IMG/VR virus record: IMGVR_UViG_2541047086_000003
Location: 108,464 to 128,463 of that record
Reading direction: 5' to 3' (one strand)
DNA from: an uncultured virus (IMG/VR IMGVR_UViG_2541047086_000003)
Taxonomy: Duplodnaviria; Heunggongvirae; Uroviricota; Caudoviricetes
DNA length: 20,000 bases
The translations under genes and the position numbers were made by a program. Below the pieces are notes generated by a model. That model had not been told where the DNA came from, did no database searches, and saw only the letters and a list, made by a program, of their open reading frames with translations. Shown piece after piece: positions 1 through 11,900 of this stretch. Position 1 is the first letter of the stretch. Every line of letters begins with the position of its first letter.

Positions 1-294
1 CAAATCCTAAAATCACTTAATCCATCAGATTTAACTTTAGCTATTTCCCGTATGACTCGAATTGAAGCGTCCTATGATCACACAAAAATGTGGACAGTTG
101 GAAGTGTCCTCATAGGAACATGCTTACTATCTCTCAGAATTATGTTTAGTTTTAATTTGCTTTGGTATATTCTAATCGCAATAGCCATTTGCCTTCTCCT
201 CCTTTTCAATGTACGAAAGGATAGGGATATTGTTATTACTGCTACATATTTTAAAGAGTTACTCGAGCAGATTAAGTCTGAAAAAGGAAAGTGA
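1..294 (+). CDS. Hypothetical membrane protein, 5'-partial
   Basis: Frame is open from base 1 (QILKSLNPSDLTLAISR, then the track's M at 52) to TGA at 292-294; two hydrophobic segments. Confidence 0.65.
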   Translation, partial: QILKSLNPSDLTLAISRMTRIEASYDHTKMWTVGSVLIGTCLLSLRIMFSFNLLWYILIAIAICLLLLFNVRKDRDIVITATYFKELLEQIKSEKGK

Positions 295-330
295 TCCTTC
301 CCATTGCTGGTTCTAACCTTTTGGAAACCA

Positions 331-339
331 TGATATAAT
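331..339 (+). promoter_or_regulatory. Putative sigma-A extended -10 promoter (TGnTATAAT) for the yomJ-like gene
   Basis: TG-a-TATAAT at 331-339 in the intergenic gap, about 30 nt before the ATG at 368; weak -35 candidate TTCTAA at 311-316 (17-nt spacer). Confidence 0.6.
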
Positions 340-367
340 GTAGGAAAATAATACTGGTGGTGGTTGG

Positions 368-994
368 ATGAACTGGGCTATCATTCTAATTTTAGTGATT
401 GGCGCTTTCATTATTATCGGGGTTTGCGCTTCAGATAAGCAAAAAGAAATGGATAAAAAAAGGGCAACCGAGATTGAGAGCATCGGGAACTTTCCTTCTA
501 ATTACAAGTCAATTATTAATCCCGATAAAAATGCAAAGCTTACATTGGTTGAACCGGATGATAAGTTTATGATCCACAAATTCAATCAATATGGAACACT
601 GGAAGAAAAAATTATTCCCTTTGAAAAAATCATTGAAGCCGAGGTTTCAATTGATGATTGTACAGTTACAAAAGTATCCAAAGGAAGTCAAATAACCGGC
701 GCTGTTGTTGGTGGATTAGCAGCAGGAAGCATTGGAGCTTTAGTTGGTGGGTTATCTTCCAATAAGACAGAAACAAAATACTTCAAAAAAATTGATTTGA
801 AATTAAAACTCGATGATTTCTCCTCCCCTATTTACAGATTTGATTTCCTGCCGAGTAAAGATGAATTTGGCCTAGAGAATGTTAAAGGGTTTAAACAGGA
901 TGATCCAAAAGTTAAAGATGCTTTATCAAATGCTGAAGTATGGCAAGGGATTATGGAGATTGCAATACGGAAAGCAAACAAAGTCGCTCAATAA
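368..994 (+). CDS. yomJ: YomJ-like membrane-anchored protein (putative superinfection immunity/exclusion)
   Basis: N-terminal TM helix, glycine-zipper GAVVGGLAAGSIGALVGGLS, C-terminus ...NAEVWQGIMEIAIRKANKVAQ resembling SPbeta YomJ as recalled; directly upstream of the tape-measure gene; own promoter and terminator. Confidence 0.7.
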   Translation: MNWAIILILVIGAFIIIGVCASDKQKEMDKKRATEIESIGNFPSNYKSIINPDKNAKLTLVEPDDKFMIHKFNQYGTLEEKIIPFEKIIEAEVSIDDCTVTKVSKGSQITGAVVGGLAAGSIGALVGGLSSNKTETKYFKKIDLKLKLDDFSSPIYRFDFLPSKDEFGLENVKGFKQDDPKVKDALSNAEVWQGIMEIAIRKANKVAQ

Positions 995-1008
995 TGAGTG
1001 GCTTTTTT
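981..1008 (+). terminator. Intrinsic terminator overlapping the yomJ stop
   Basis: AAGTCGCTCA-ATAA-TGAGTGGCTT hairpin followed by a T-run. Confidence 0.7.
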
Positions 1009-1040
1009 ATATGCCCTATTCGAAAGGATGTGACCTATAT

Positions 1041-4000
1041 TTGAGTCAAGATTTAAAGATCATACTCACACCCAAAGCTGATACTTCTTCAAAAACTGTC
1101 GAACAGTTAAATCAGCAAATTAAATCTTTAGAGAAAAAGCTAAATTCCCTTAATTTAAAGACCAATATTGATGCCTCTGCTTTAAAGACTCTCAACGATT
1201 TCTCCTCTGCAGTTGAAACTTATCAAAAACATCTCAAATCCTTCAATCAAACAGTTAAAGAAACCACAACGATTACCAGAAATGCTGATGGTACTGTTGA
1301 AAAGCTTACGCAGCAGTATAAGAAAAATGGCGAAATCATTCAGCGTGAAAAGAAATTCATCGACAATCGTAATCAATCACTACGTGAACAAACGCAAGAA
1401 GTTAACAGGCTTGCTCAAGCGACTGAAAAACTTGGTCAGGTACAGAAGAAAACAGAACAAAAGAATGCTCAAGGACAAACGACAAGGGTTACTCAAAAGA
1501 ACCGCAATGGCTTTGACGATATTACCTATACAACTGATCCAAAAACAAACGCTACTACATCTAAAGTAACAACGAATTATGATCAGCAACGAAAAGCAAT
1601 TGAACAATTAAAACTGGATTTAGAAAAACTTAGACAGCAAGGAATTGTAACTGACACCACCCTCTCTTCCCTTGGACGGAAATTAAATACTGCTCAAACA
1701 GCACAACAAATTGAAGCATTACAAAACAGAATCAAAATGCTCGATGATAAGTCTGCTGCTGTGGCGAAAAATAATGAGCTCAGAAAAACTATTGAGCTTT
1801 ATCAACGCCAAGCACAAGTAAACGTACAAAACCTTAATACGCGTTATGGCGATACGATGGGTGCTGGAAATAGACAAGCTATCCAAGAATATCTGAATGC
1901 AGTTAATAGTCTTAACTCAAGCGTCGGCGGAAGTAATGTCAGATCTCAAATTCAAAGCTTGAACATGCAATTCAGGGAATTGGCTTCAAATGCTCAAACA
2001 GCGTCTAGTCAAGCCTCCTCTTTTGGCACAGAGTTAACTCAAGCTTTCAAAAGTATGTCGACATATTTGATCTCCGGTTCTTTATTCTACGGTGCTATAT
2101 CTGGGCTTAAGGAAATGGTCTCCCAGGCTGTTGAAATTGATACTCTAATGACAAACATCAGACGTGTAATGAATGAGCCTGATTATAAGTACAATGAGCT
2201 ACTCGAGGAATCAATAAACCTAGGCGACACCCTTTCAAACAAGATCACTGACATACTCCAAATGACTGGCGATTTCGGGCGTATGGGTTTCGATGAAAGT
2301 GAACTGTCTACGCTTACTAAAACCGCTCAGGTTCTACAAAACGTCTCTGATTTAACTCCTGATGATACTGTTAACACCTTAACTGCCGCAATGTTAAACT
2401 TCAATATTGCTGCGAATGATTCTATTTCAATCGCAGATAAGCTTAATGAAGTCGATAACAACTATGCTGTAACCACTCTTGACCTGGCGAATTCTATTCG
2501 AAAAGCAGGAAGCACCGCCTCTACTTTTGGCGTTGAATTAAACGATCTAATTGGTTACACTACAGCAATTGCAAGTACCACCCGTGAAAGTGGAAATATA
2601 GTCGGTAAAGTGATTGCTGACTTTAAATCTCTTCTGATTGACTTGGAACTCCTAACGTTAAGACGAGGACGACAAGGGGCAAGCGTTATTGCAGCCTGAA
2701 CGACTGAGCGAAGAGACGCTAAATTGCGAAGCGACAGTCTGAACTTCTATGGAAACATAGAGAGTATGATTGAAGTATCATACCGCCACATATAGTGGTC
2801 AGTAGCCTTTAAGGTGAAAGTAACAGAATTGAACTCACTTAAAACCATTTTCGCACGTATCGGGAATAATGATAGCTCAATTAAAGCCTTAGAACAGATT
2901 GGCATTTCTGTGAAAACAGCTAGTGGTGAGGCGAAATCTGCTACTGAATTAATTAATGAGTTAGCAGACAAATGGAATAACCTCAGCGATGCTCAAAAAC
3001 AAAACACCTCGATAGGTGTAGCGGGCATTTATCAGCTTTCTAGATTTAATGCCTTAATGAACAACTTTTCCATATCACAAAACGCAGCGACTACTGCGGC
3101 TAATTCCGCAGGAAGCGCTTGGAGTGAACAGCAGAAATACGCTGACAGTTTACAGGCAAGATTAAATAGGTTGTCAAATGCATTTACAGAGATGTCAGTT
3201 GCCTCAAGTGAAGCTTTCATATCAGATAGTATTGTTGTTTTTGCAGATGCACTTAAAGGTTTAATGCAAATAAGTGCTCAAATCACTAAAACAGTCGGTC
3301 TCCTTCCTCAAGTTATAGGAGCTGCTACAGCTGCAGTTATGCTTTTTAACACTTCTTTACGTACAAGTGCACTTACCTCAGGAATGGCAATGGGCGCAGC
3401 CCTTAAAAATTTAGTACTCAACTTTAATGCTGTAACTGTTGGAGTAACTGCCGCCTCTGCCAAAACAGTTGTTTGGAATAGAGCTGTAACTGCATTTAAT
3501 GCATCCCTAGTTGGACTTAAAAGAGTGGCGATGACCACTGGAGCTTTCTTAGCAGGAAGTTTTCTTCCTATGGCAGCCATGGTTGGACTGGGCGTCGTTA
3601 TTGAGAAACTCATTTCCTCTTATTCTGATTTAAAACAAGCTAGAGAAGACTTTGAACAAGCTAAAACTACTAGCATTGAAGCAATTACAACCAATAAAGA
3701 TGAAACTGATAAACTGATTAGCCAATACAAAGAACTGCAAAAGGCTAAAGATGGCGGGGATTTATCAGCCAATCAGGAGCAAGAATACCTACAAGTAACG
3801 CAGCAATTGGCGCAAACGTTCCCGAATTTGATCGCCGGGTATGATTCTCAAGGGCAAGCAATCATAAAGAAAAACCAAGCACTAAAGGATGCTATAAAGT
3901 ACACTGAAGACCTTACTAATTTAAACAAAAAAGACATTCAAACAGGTGCTAATAGTAACTTTAAGGATAGCTTAAAAGACATTGATAAACTCAATGATAA

Positions 4001-7000
4001 GATTAAACAGTATAAGCAGGTTGCCGATTATTATAAAAACGGCAAGAGTTGGGATATTTTCTCTTCTGAAAATGACAAAAAAAATCAAGGTATTAAAGCT
4101 GAACAAGATGCACTACGTACTGAGCAAGAGCTATCCAGCTCACAGGCTAAAATTAGAGAGCAAGTGCAACAGACAATTGATGCCTTTAACTCAATAAAGA
4201 TAAATCCGAATCTTTCAAGGGAAATATCTAACGCATTCGATAAAATCGACTTCAGCAAAATGAATGCAGATGAACTTGAGTCATTTTCAATAAATGTTTC
4301 GAAATACATGGAAAATATTCAAAAAGCTCTGCAATCGGGCAATAAAAATAATTTTGATTCCGCCTCTAAAAGCTTAGAACAGCTTGTTAATCAATATATG
4401 AGTGGTAAAGATAAAGCTAATGGTTTGGCTTTATCTTATGATGACCTTAAAACTGCCATTGACTCTACAAATGATTCTGCACAAACTGCAAAAGTAACCT
4501 GGGATGAAAATGGTGAAGGTGTAGATGCATTAGGTGAGCAAGTCGGTAATTTATCTGACAAGCTCAAAGAAGCTAAAGGTGATTTTGAAGCAATTAAAGG
4601 AATCATCGATGATTTAGTTGAATCGAAGCAAAATGATGCTGCTATATCTGCCATTCAAAATGAAGCTTATGACACTATGTCTGACAGCATCTCCCCTTTA
4701 AATAACCTCCTTGAAAAAATGTCTGAAGGTAAAAGCATATCTGCAACAGAAGCCATGAAACTTATTCAGAAGGAACATGATCTTGCTGATGCAATTTCAG
4801 TTGAAAATGGTGTTGTAAAAATCAACAGAAATGCAGTTGTTAAGCTTCGGGATACAAAACTCAAAGCTTACAATGATATGCAACAATCTGTAAGACAAGA
4901 TTTAATTAATCAGGCTAACGCATTAAATAAAAAGATTAACATGTATAAGTCTGAAGTTAAGGCTATCAAGACTGTGCAAGATGCTTATAACATGAAATCA
5001 GAGCTGGAGAGTAACAAACAAAAGATCTATGATGAATTAAAAAAAGGAAACAGCGGATCGCTGCAATTCCTTCCAAAGAATCAAGAGGATCTGAAACAAG
5101 TTACCGATATCACCGATCAGCTTAAAGAGCTTGATAAACTAGCCGATTTGGCTTCAACTTCCCTATCTGAAACAGGAACATCTCTTGATGACCTGTCTTC
5201 TTCAAGTGATAAAGCCTCTGAGGAAATTAAAACATCTATGTATGTGGCTGACAAATACAAGGAAGCTCTGGAGAAAGTTAATGCCGAAGTCGAAAAGTAC
5301 AATAAGCAAGTAAACGACTATCCAAAGTATTCTCAAAGTTATCGGAATGCCCTGCAGAAAGAAATTAAAGCTCTTCAACAAAAGAAAAAGCTTATGCAGG
5401 AGCAAGCCAAACTCCTCAAGGATCAAATTAAGTCAGGGAACATTGCACAATACGGTATAGTTACCTCTTCCCTCTCCTCTGGTTCATCTTCTGGTAGTTC
5501 TTATTCTTCCGGTGGCGGGTCTTACTCCGGTAAATACTCCAGCTACATTAATTCTGCCGCAAGCAAATACGGTGTTGATCCAGCTCTAATTGCAGCTGTA
5601 ATCCAGCAAGAATCTGGATTCAATGCAAGAGTTCGTTCTGGAGCAGGCGCAGCCGGATTAATGCAGTTGATGCCTTCAACTGCTAAAAGCTTAGGTGTAA
5701 ACAATGTTTATGATCCGTATCAGAACATTATGGGTGGTACGAAATATCTAGCCCAACAACTAAGCAAATTTGGTGGCAATGTTGAGAAAGCACTTGCTGC
5801 TTATAACGCAGGGCCTGGTAATGTAATTAAATATGGTGGCATCCCTCCTTTCAAAGAAACGCAGAATTATGTTCAGAAGATCATGTCTAATTACACTAAG
5901 TCAATGACTTCTGCTAATTCATCCATTGCAAGCTACTACACGAAGAACAGCGCTTTTAGAATAAGTTCTAAGTATGGTGCACAAGATGGCTCTTACCGAT
6001 CAACTCCACATAAAGGTATCGACTTTGCAGCGAAAGCTGGAACCGCAATTAAATCGGTTCAGAGTGGAAAAGTTCAAATTGCTGGTTATAGTAAAACTGC
6101 CGGTAACTGGGTTGTCATTCAGCAGGATGATGGGAAAGTTGCTAAGTATATGCATATGCTTGATACCCCTTCTGTTAAAGCCGGTCAAACTGTTAAAGCT
6201 GGCCAGACCATCGGTAAAGTTGGCAGTACGGGTAATTCAACAGGAAATCACCTTCATCTTCAAATTGAGGAAAACGGAAAGACTATTGACCCTGAGAAGT
6301 ATTTAAAAGGTGTCGGTACATCTATTTCAGATGCATCTCAAGCTGAAGCAGAACGACAGCAAGCAATCGCACAAGCTAAATCCGACCTCCTCTCCCTCCA
6401 AGGCGACATTGACTCAGTAAACGATCAGATACAAGAACTCAGATATGAAATCGTTCAGTCGAAACTTGATGAATATGACAAGCGTATTGGTGATTTTGAT
6501 GTAAGAATCGCTAAAGACAAAGCCCTCGCTAGTCATTATCTGAGCGACAGTAAAGAATTCCGCAAGTATACAAACGATCAGAAAAAAGCTTTAACTGAAC
6601 AGCAAAAGATTCAGGGTCAGAAGGTTTCTTTTATTGAAAAAGAAATCAAAACAAACAAAACTTTAAATGGTGCTCAAAGAGCACAGCTTGCTGAGGAATT
6701 AAAACAGGCTAAGATTGATCTCATCAATTTTCAAGAAGAAGTAAGAGAACTTCGAGGACAGCTCATTCAGTCTGAGGTTGATCAAACACTTAACGGTATT
6801 GAGAAATCAACCAAGAAAACTGAATCCAAGCTTAAAGATGTTAGCAACAAAATATCCATGACCGAGGAAGATAAAGACAAGGTTAAATATTATAGCCAAC
6901 AGATTAAGCTTATTCAGCAGCAACAGAATGAAGCGAAAAAGTATATCAAACAGTTGGAAGCACAAAAGAAAGCTGCTAAAGGGTTCCCGGATATTCAGAA

Positions 7001-8138
7001 ACAAATTACTGAAGAGATCGAGAACTGGAAAGACAAGCAGAAGGATTACAATCTTGAGCTTTATAACACAAAGAAATCAATCAAAGATGTGTACAAATCT
7101 CTTGCTGATGAAGTTGTCTCCATCTATAAAGAGATGTACGAAAAGATGCGTGACATTGAATTAAAAGCGCACCAAAAAGCTACGCAAGACTTGATTGATG
7201 AGATTGATAAAACTGATGATGAAGCTAAATTTCAAAGACAGTTAAAAGAGAAGCAAGACAGTATCCAAAAACTCACTGACCAAATTAATCAGTATTCTCT
7301 TGATGACTCAGAGTTTGGTAAGTCAAAGGTTAAGGAATTGACTGAGCAGCTACAAAAGGAACAGTTAGATTTAGATGAGTTTCTTAAAGATCGTGAAAGT
7401 AGCAAACGAAAAGAAGCGTTGCAAGATCAGCTTCAAAAAGACGAAGATTCAATTAACAAGAAATATGATGATCTCGTCAATGATGAGCGTGGATTTAAGG
7501 AACTTGAGAAAAAGCTAATGGATGGGAAGATTACTGATATTGCTAAGCAACTGAATGAATTCTCTAAGTTCATTAACAGCAATATGGAGTCCATCGGGAA
7601 AAGCATCTCTAATAACCTTATCGATAAGCTTAAAGAAGCTTCTAATGCCCTTAATACTGTGACTAAAGGTAATACAACAGGCAAAAAAATATCCTCATTT
7701 GAAACAGGAGGATACACAGGAACAGGTTTAGGTTCTGGCAAGCTTGCTATTCTTCATGATAAAGAGCTTATTCTGAATAAGACTGACACCAAGAACATGC
7801 TTGAAACTGTAAAGCATGTTCGCAATCTGTCTGATAACGATTTGAATAATGAAACACCTAAATGGGGGCAAGGTGGAAAATTAGCAGCCTTGATTAACAA
7901 AGGAATCACCGCTATTCCATCAATAATTCCGAATATTAGCCAATCGAGCCTATCTAATAGTTTGATACCAAATGTTAAAACCACTAACCTCCCTCCTACA
8001 GTTAATTCTACTGGTGATAAAACAGTGAATCTAACAAACAATTTCAATATTGAAAAGCTCACAGGTGGTGAAACAGGAGCTAGGACAATGTTCGAAACCA
8101 TCAAGAAAGAAGTTATAAAATTAAATGGAAGCATGTAA
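1041..8138 (+). CDS. yomI: Tail tape measure protein / cell-wall hydrolase CwlP (YomI), spliced join(1041..2606,2832..8138), 2290 aa, with lytic transglycosylase (SLT, ~5535-5895) and M23 peptidase (~5965-6310) domains
   Basis: TTG start at 1041 after SD AAAGGATGTGA ([12 protein letters not shown]...). TP901-type tape-measure core; removing the intron gives ...[21 protein letters not shown].... SLT motifs [26 protein letters not shown]23 motifs [19 protein letters not shown]. Confidence 0.92.
2607..2831 (+). ncRNA. Group I self-splicing intron (225 nt, no homing endonuclease ORF) in the tape-measure gene
   Basis: 5' exon ends in U2606 and the intron ends in G2831. P1 GUCGGU(2601-06)/GCUGAC(2616-21) with a U.G pair at the splice site; P10 AAGUGA(2608-13)/UCACUU(2835-40); P3 UCUCUUC(2628-34)/GAAGAGA(2710-16); P4 CUUG(2642-45)/CAAG(2673-76); P5 UCCU/AGGA; P6 GGC/GCC; P7 GACUG(2702-06)/CAGUC(2735-39); P8 CGC/GCG; P9 CUAUG-GAAA-CAUAG(2747-60). 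In-frame stops at 2697 and 2793. Confidence 0.93.
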
Positions 8139-8175
8139 GAGTCTGTATAATGCAGGCTCTTCAGCTTGCTTTTTG
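8137..8175 (+). terminator. Stem-loop after the tape-measure gene (weak terminator or mRNA processing/stability element)
   Basis: AAGAGTCTGTA-TAA-TGCAGGCTCTT hairpin; the T-run is displaced by several nt. Confidence 0.4.
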
Positions 8176-8195
8176 ATTGGTAAGGGTGGAATTTT

Positions 8196-8954
8196 ATGAT
8201 TAGAGAAAGTCAATATTTCATGTTCGATGATATCCCCTCTTATGAAATTGGGGCAGTGAATGTAAACACAGAGGGCGGACTACTGGAAGAGACATTCATA
8301 GCGAATAGAACAGTAAATGAAACATATACACGATCAGCTTCTGAGCCATATGTAGACAGTGTTAAACGTGAACCATATGAAATCCCTTTAAACTTTTACA
8401 TAGAAGATCATTTAGATGAAGAAAATATTCGAAGAGTTGCACGTTGGCTAAATGTAGATGATTACAAGCCTCTTTCATTCAGTAGTAATTTAGATATCAT
8501 TTATTTTGCTTTGCCAGTGAACGCAACAGATTTAGTACACAACTGCTCTAATGATGGATATGTGAAGCTGACAATGAAAGTATTTCCTTATAGGTATGGA
8601 CGAGAAACAACTACCCATTGGCATGACATATCATCAGGCTCTAATAATATAGAAATTAAAAATATAGGGGATTTAGATATCCCACTCTCTCTCGAATTCA
8701 AAAAAATTGGTGATGGAGACATCACAATTGAAAACTTGACAGCTTATAAAGAACCTCTAAAATTCACATCAATTAAACATCAGGAAGTTATTAATGTAGA
8801 TGCCAACAAAGAGCTGATCACCTCCAGTGTTACTGGGTATGAGTGTTATGATCAAGTCAATGAACAGTATGTTTTTTTAACAAGAGGGATAAACAGAGTT
8901 AAAATAACGGGCGAATGTTATATCCGGTTCATATACAGATATAAGTATTTGTAA
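8196..8954 (+). CDS. yomH: Distal tail protein (Dit)-like, YomH
   Basis: 252 aa, immediately after the tape-measure gene; siphophage tail-component C-terminus (LTRGINRVKITG...YRYKYL); SD AAGGGTGG. Confidence 0.8.
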   Translation: MIRESQYFMFDDIPSYEIGAVNVNTEGGLLEETFIANRTVNETYTRSASEPYVDSVKREPYEIPLNFYIEDHLDEENIRRVARWLNVDDYKPLSFSSNLDIIYFALPVNATDLVHNCSNDGYVKLTMKVFPYRYGRETTTHWHDISSGSNNIEIKNIGDLDIPLSLEFKKIGDGDITIENLTAYKEPLKFTSIKHQEVINVDANKELITSSVTGYECYDQVNEQYVFLTRGINRVKITGECYIRFIYRYKYL

Positions 8955-8966
8955 GGGGATGTTTTA

Positions 8967-11900
8967 TTGATTTACGATTTTAAACCAGGCCATCTCAAAC
9001 TTTCTTTAGCAAAACCAAATAAAAAGAAAGTCGCTAATATAGTAGATTTCTCTAACGCCTCTCTAAATTTGAATTTTGATGAACTCCACGATCTAACTTT
9101 TAATATCCCACTTAAAGCAAGATATAATTTCAAGATGAAGCCAAACCATGTGGCAGAACTCATAAAAGGCTGGTATCTCATTAAGGCAGAATTCTTAAAC
9201 AGAGTTGAATGGTTTGTAATAACCGGATTGACAAAGTCAGAAAATGAGGAACAAACAATACAAGTTAGAGCTCAAGGTCTTCCCTACATTCTTCATAAAA
9301 GCAAAATCAAATCATATGAAGGCATCTCTAAAAATCTGTTGGAAGTTGCCACAGATTGTCTTAAAGGAACTTGCTTTACTGTAGACTTTATTGACCCCTC
9401 TTTTAATGAAAAGCGCCGCTCATTTGATGTTACCTCTACCCGATATGAGTTTTTAAAGAACATTGGAGAAACTTTTGAGGCTGTGCCTATATTTGATACT
9501 GTGAACAACACAGTATCATTTTATAAAAAAGAAACTGTGTCCAAGTATAAAGGTGTCCAATTCTCTCCTAAAAGGTTCATGATTGATATGGAAGATACCA
9601 TTGATATTGATGAAGTTGTAACACGATTAGACATTACCGGTAAAGATGGAATTGTTATTAATTCAGTCAATCCTACTGGACAGAGTTACTTGGATGATTT
9701 CTCTTATTTCCTCTACCCTTTTGAACGTGATGAAAAGAGAAATGTAATTAAGCATAGTGATTACATGGATGATGATTTGTGCCATGCAATTTTAGATTAC
9801 AATGAACTTGTAAATAAAGAAGGCTCTTCTTTTTACCTCCTTTTAAATCAGAAAAAAGATCTGGAAGCAACAAAAACGAAACAAGAGAATACCCTCTTCA
9901 CCCTAGAAAAAATCGAATTACAACAAATCTTAGATAAGATCACAGTAGCAAAAAAAGCTGGAGATGACACGAAAGACCTTATCAAGCAAAGAGATGCCAA
10001 GCAGCTAGAAGTTACATCAAAGAAAGCTGAAATATCCACCACTGCCAATCAGATTTCCAAGATAACTGAAGAAATAGCAGTGTTAAAAGATCGTCTGTCT
10101 ATGGATAAGTTTCTCGGTGAAAAGCTAATGAAAAAGTTGTCTTATTTTATCCGTCAAGAAGATTGGTCTAATGACAACATTTTTGATGAAACAGAGCTGT
10201 ATGAAAAAGGTCTTGAGGAACTTGGGGAGAAAAATACACCCCCGGTAGACATCAGAACAAACATTGTGAACCTATTTACTGTCAACAAAGAAAAGTACTT
10301 TTGGGATAGAATTTACCTGGGAGATATAATCAGATTAGTTAATGACGATTTTAGAACTGATGTCAAAGCAACACTTACAGGAATGAATTTTGATTTTGAG
10401 CAGCAAAGTATACAAGTAACACTTTCGAATGGAAAAAGAGCTACTACGATAGAACAAGACTTTGCACGCTCATTGTATACTGCCAAGAAAGCATCAACTG
10501 AATTCAATAAGAAAAAGATTGATTATGATACCCTACTGACCAATTACAATGCACGGAATGATCGTATATCTGCACCCGTTGCAAACCCAACTATCCGTAA
10601 TGATGGGACTGCTATAACTCATGTTGTAAATGATAATGGATCTGTAGATGTATCAATCGAATGGGATTTTCCAGACTCCAATGAGGATAAATGCAATATC
10701 GATGGTTTTCTTATCCATTGCTACTCTGACACATCAGATGATACCTATCTTTTTGGTTCAAAGATGTCAGCTGAACAATATTTATCAGTTAGTTATGATA
10801 AACGAATTGCAACATTAACCGGTCAAGTTTCAAATAAGCACTATACATTTGGAGTCCAAGCCTATCGCACAGTAGAGACATCTATTGATAGTAGCGGTCG
10901 AATATTATCTGATATTGTACAGCCTAAATTCCCCTCAGAAAACCCCTACCTCCCCTCTTCTACTGTAGAAGTCAAAGGTAAGCTTAATGGCTCGAAATAC
11001 ACTGTCTCCTCAACTGAACCCGAAGAGCCAGAAGCAAACGATTTATGGACTAATACGGTTACCGGTGTTGTTTCCTCTTATGACGGCGAAAAATGGGTTT
11101 CCAGTGACCAGAAAACTGCTGAGTTAGTTGAAACCACAGCAGCACAAGTTGACACTAAACTCTCCGACTATGATAGTCGTGTCCAAAACATTGAGCTCAA
11201 TAACCTTTTGGTCAATCCCCTGAAATGGAAAGGCGGAAATGTTTCTGCATTTGGTCGTAAATATTATGCCGATGTCAGTTATGACTCAACTGTTTTAAAC
11301 TTAAATACAATCACTATTCCTATCCTTATTAATGCAGTAGATGCTTCAGATTCAAATCCGACTGTTGTGGACTACACTTATAACGAAGCGTGGGATATGA
11401 TCCCTAAACTCAAAAATGATGGATATAACATTATTTTAGAACCTTACCCCTTCATCGCAAATGGAACCGTAGCTGAAACCGATTGGATCCCTTCTGATCT
11501 AAACCAATGGTTCACAGCATGGAACAACATCCTTCAAGACTTCGCCAAAAAATGCGAGCAATTTAAATTAGACGGTTTATACATAGCTTCAAACTTAGTT
11601 CATATGGAAGATTCAACAGAAAAGTGGAAATCAGTTATTACAGGGCTTAGGAGTTTATTTTCTGGCAAGATACTCTACCGGACAAATTATTGGGTAACCG
11701 CTGAGTGGGCTCCTGAAACGATTGTTGCGTATAACAAAAAGCTGAACAATCCTATATTTGGACTAGTCGATATTATTGCAATAGCTGCTTATTTTGAATT
11801 GACTGATAACCGTAATCCAACTGTCGATCAGTTAATTGATGCTATTTATAGCGTACCGTTATATGGACGAGGACAGAATATATTCAAGGAAATCAAAGCA

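Noticed and set aside
879..1040. N-terminal extension of the 606-aa ORF from 879
   Set aside because: Overlaps yomJ and its terminator; the SD-supported start is TTG 1041.
2607..2831. Alternative explanations for the split tape-measure gene: pseudogene, programmed frameshift, readthrough or intein
   Set aside because: Both halves are in the same frame with two stops between them, which excludes an intein or frameshift and makes readthrough implausible; the insert folds as a complete group I core with correct splice-site nucleotides.
2747..2971. Minus-strand 74-aa ORF as an intron-encoded endonuclease
   Set aside because: Antisense, mostly overlaps exon 2, and has no HNH, GIY-YIG or LAGLIDADG motif.
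5460..5545. TCT/TCC-rich low-complexity tract
   Set aside because: Encodes the Ser/Gly linker preceding the SLT domain; not an independent repeat element.
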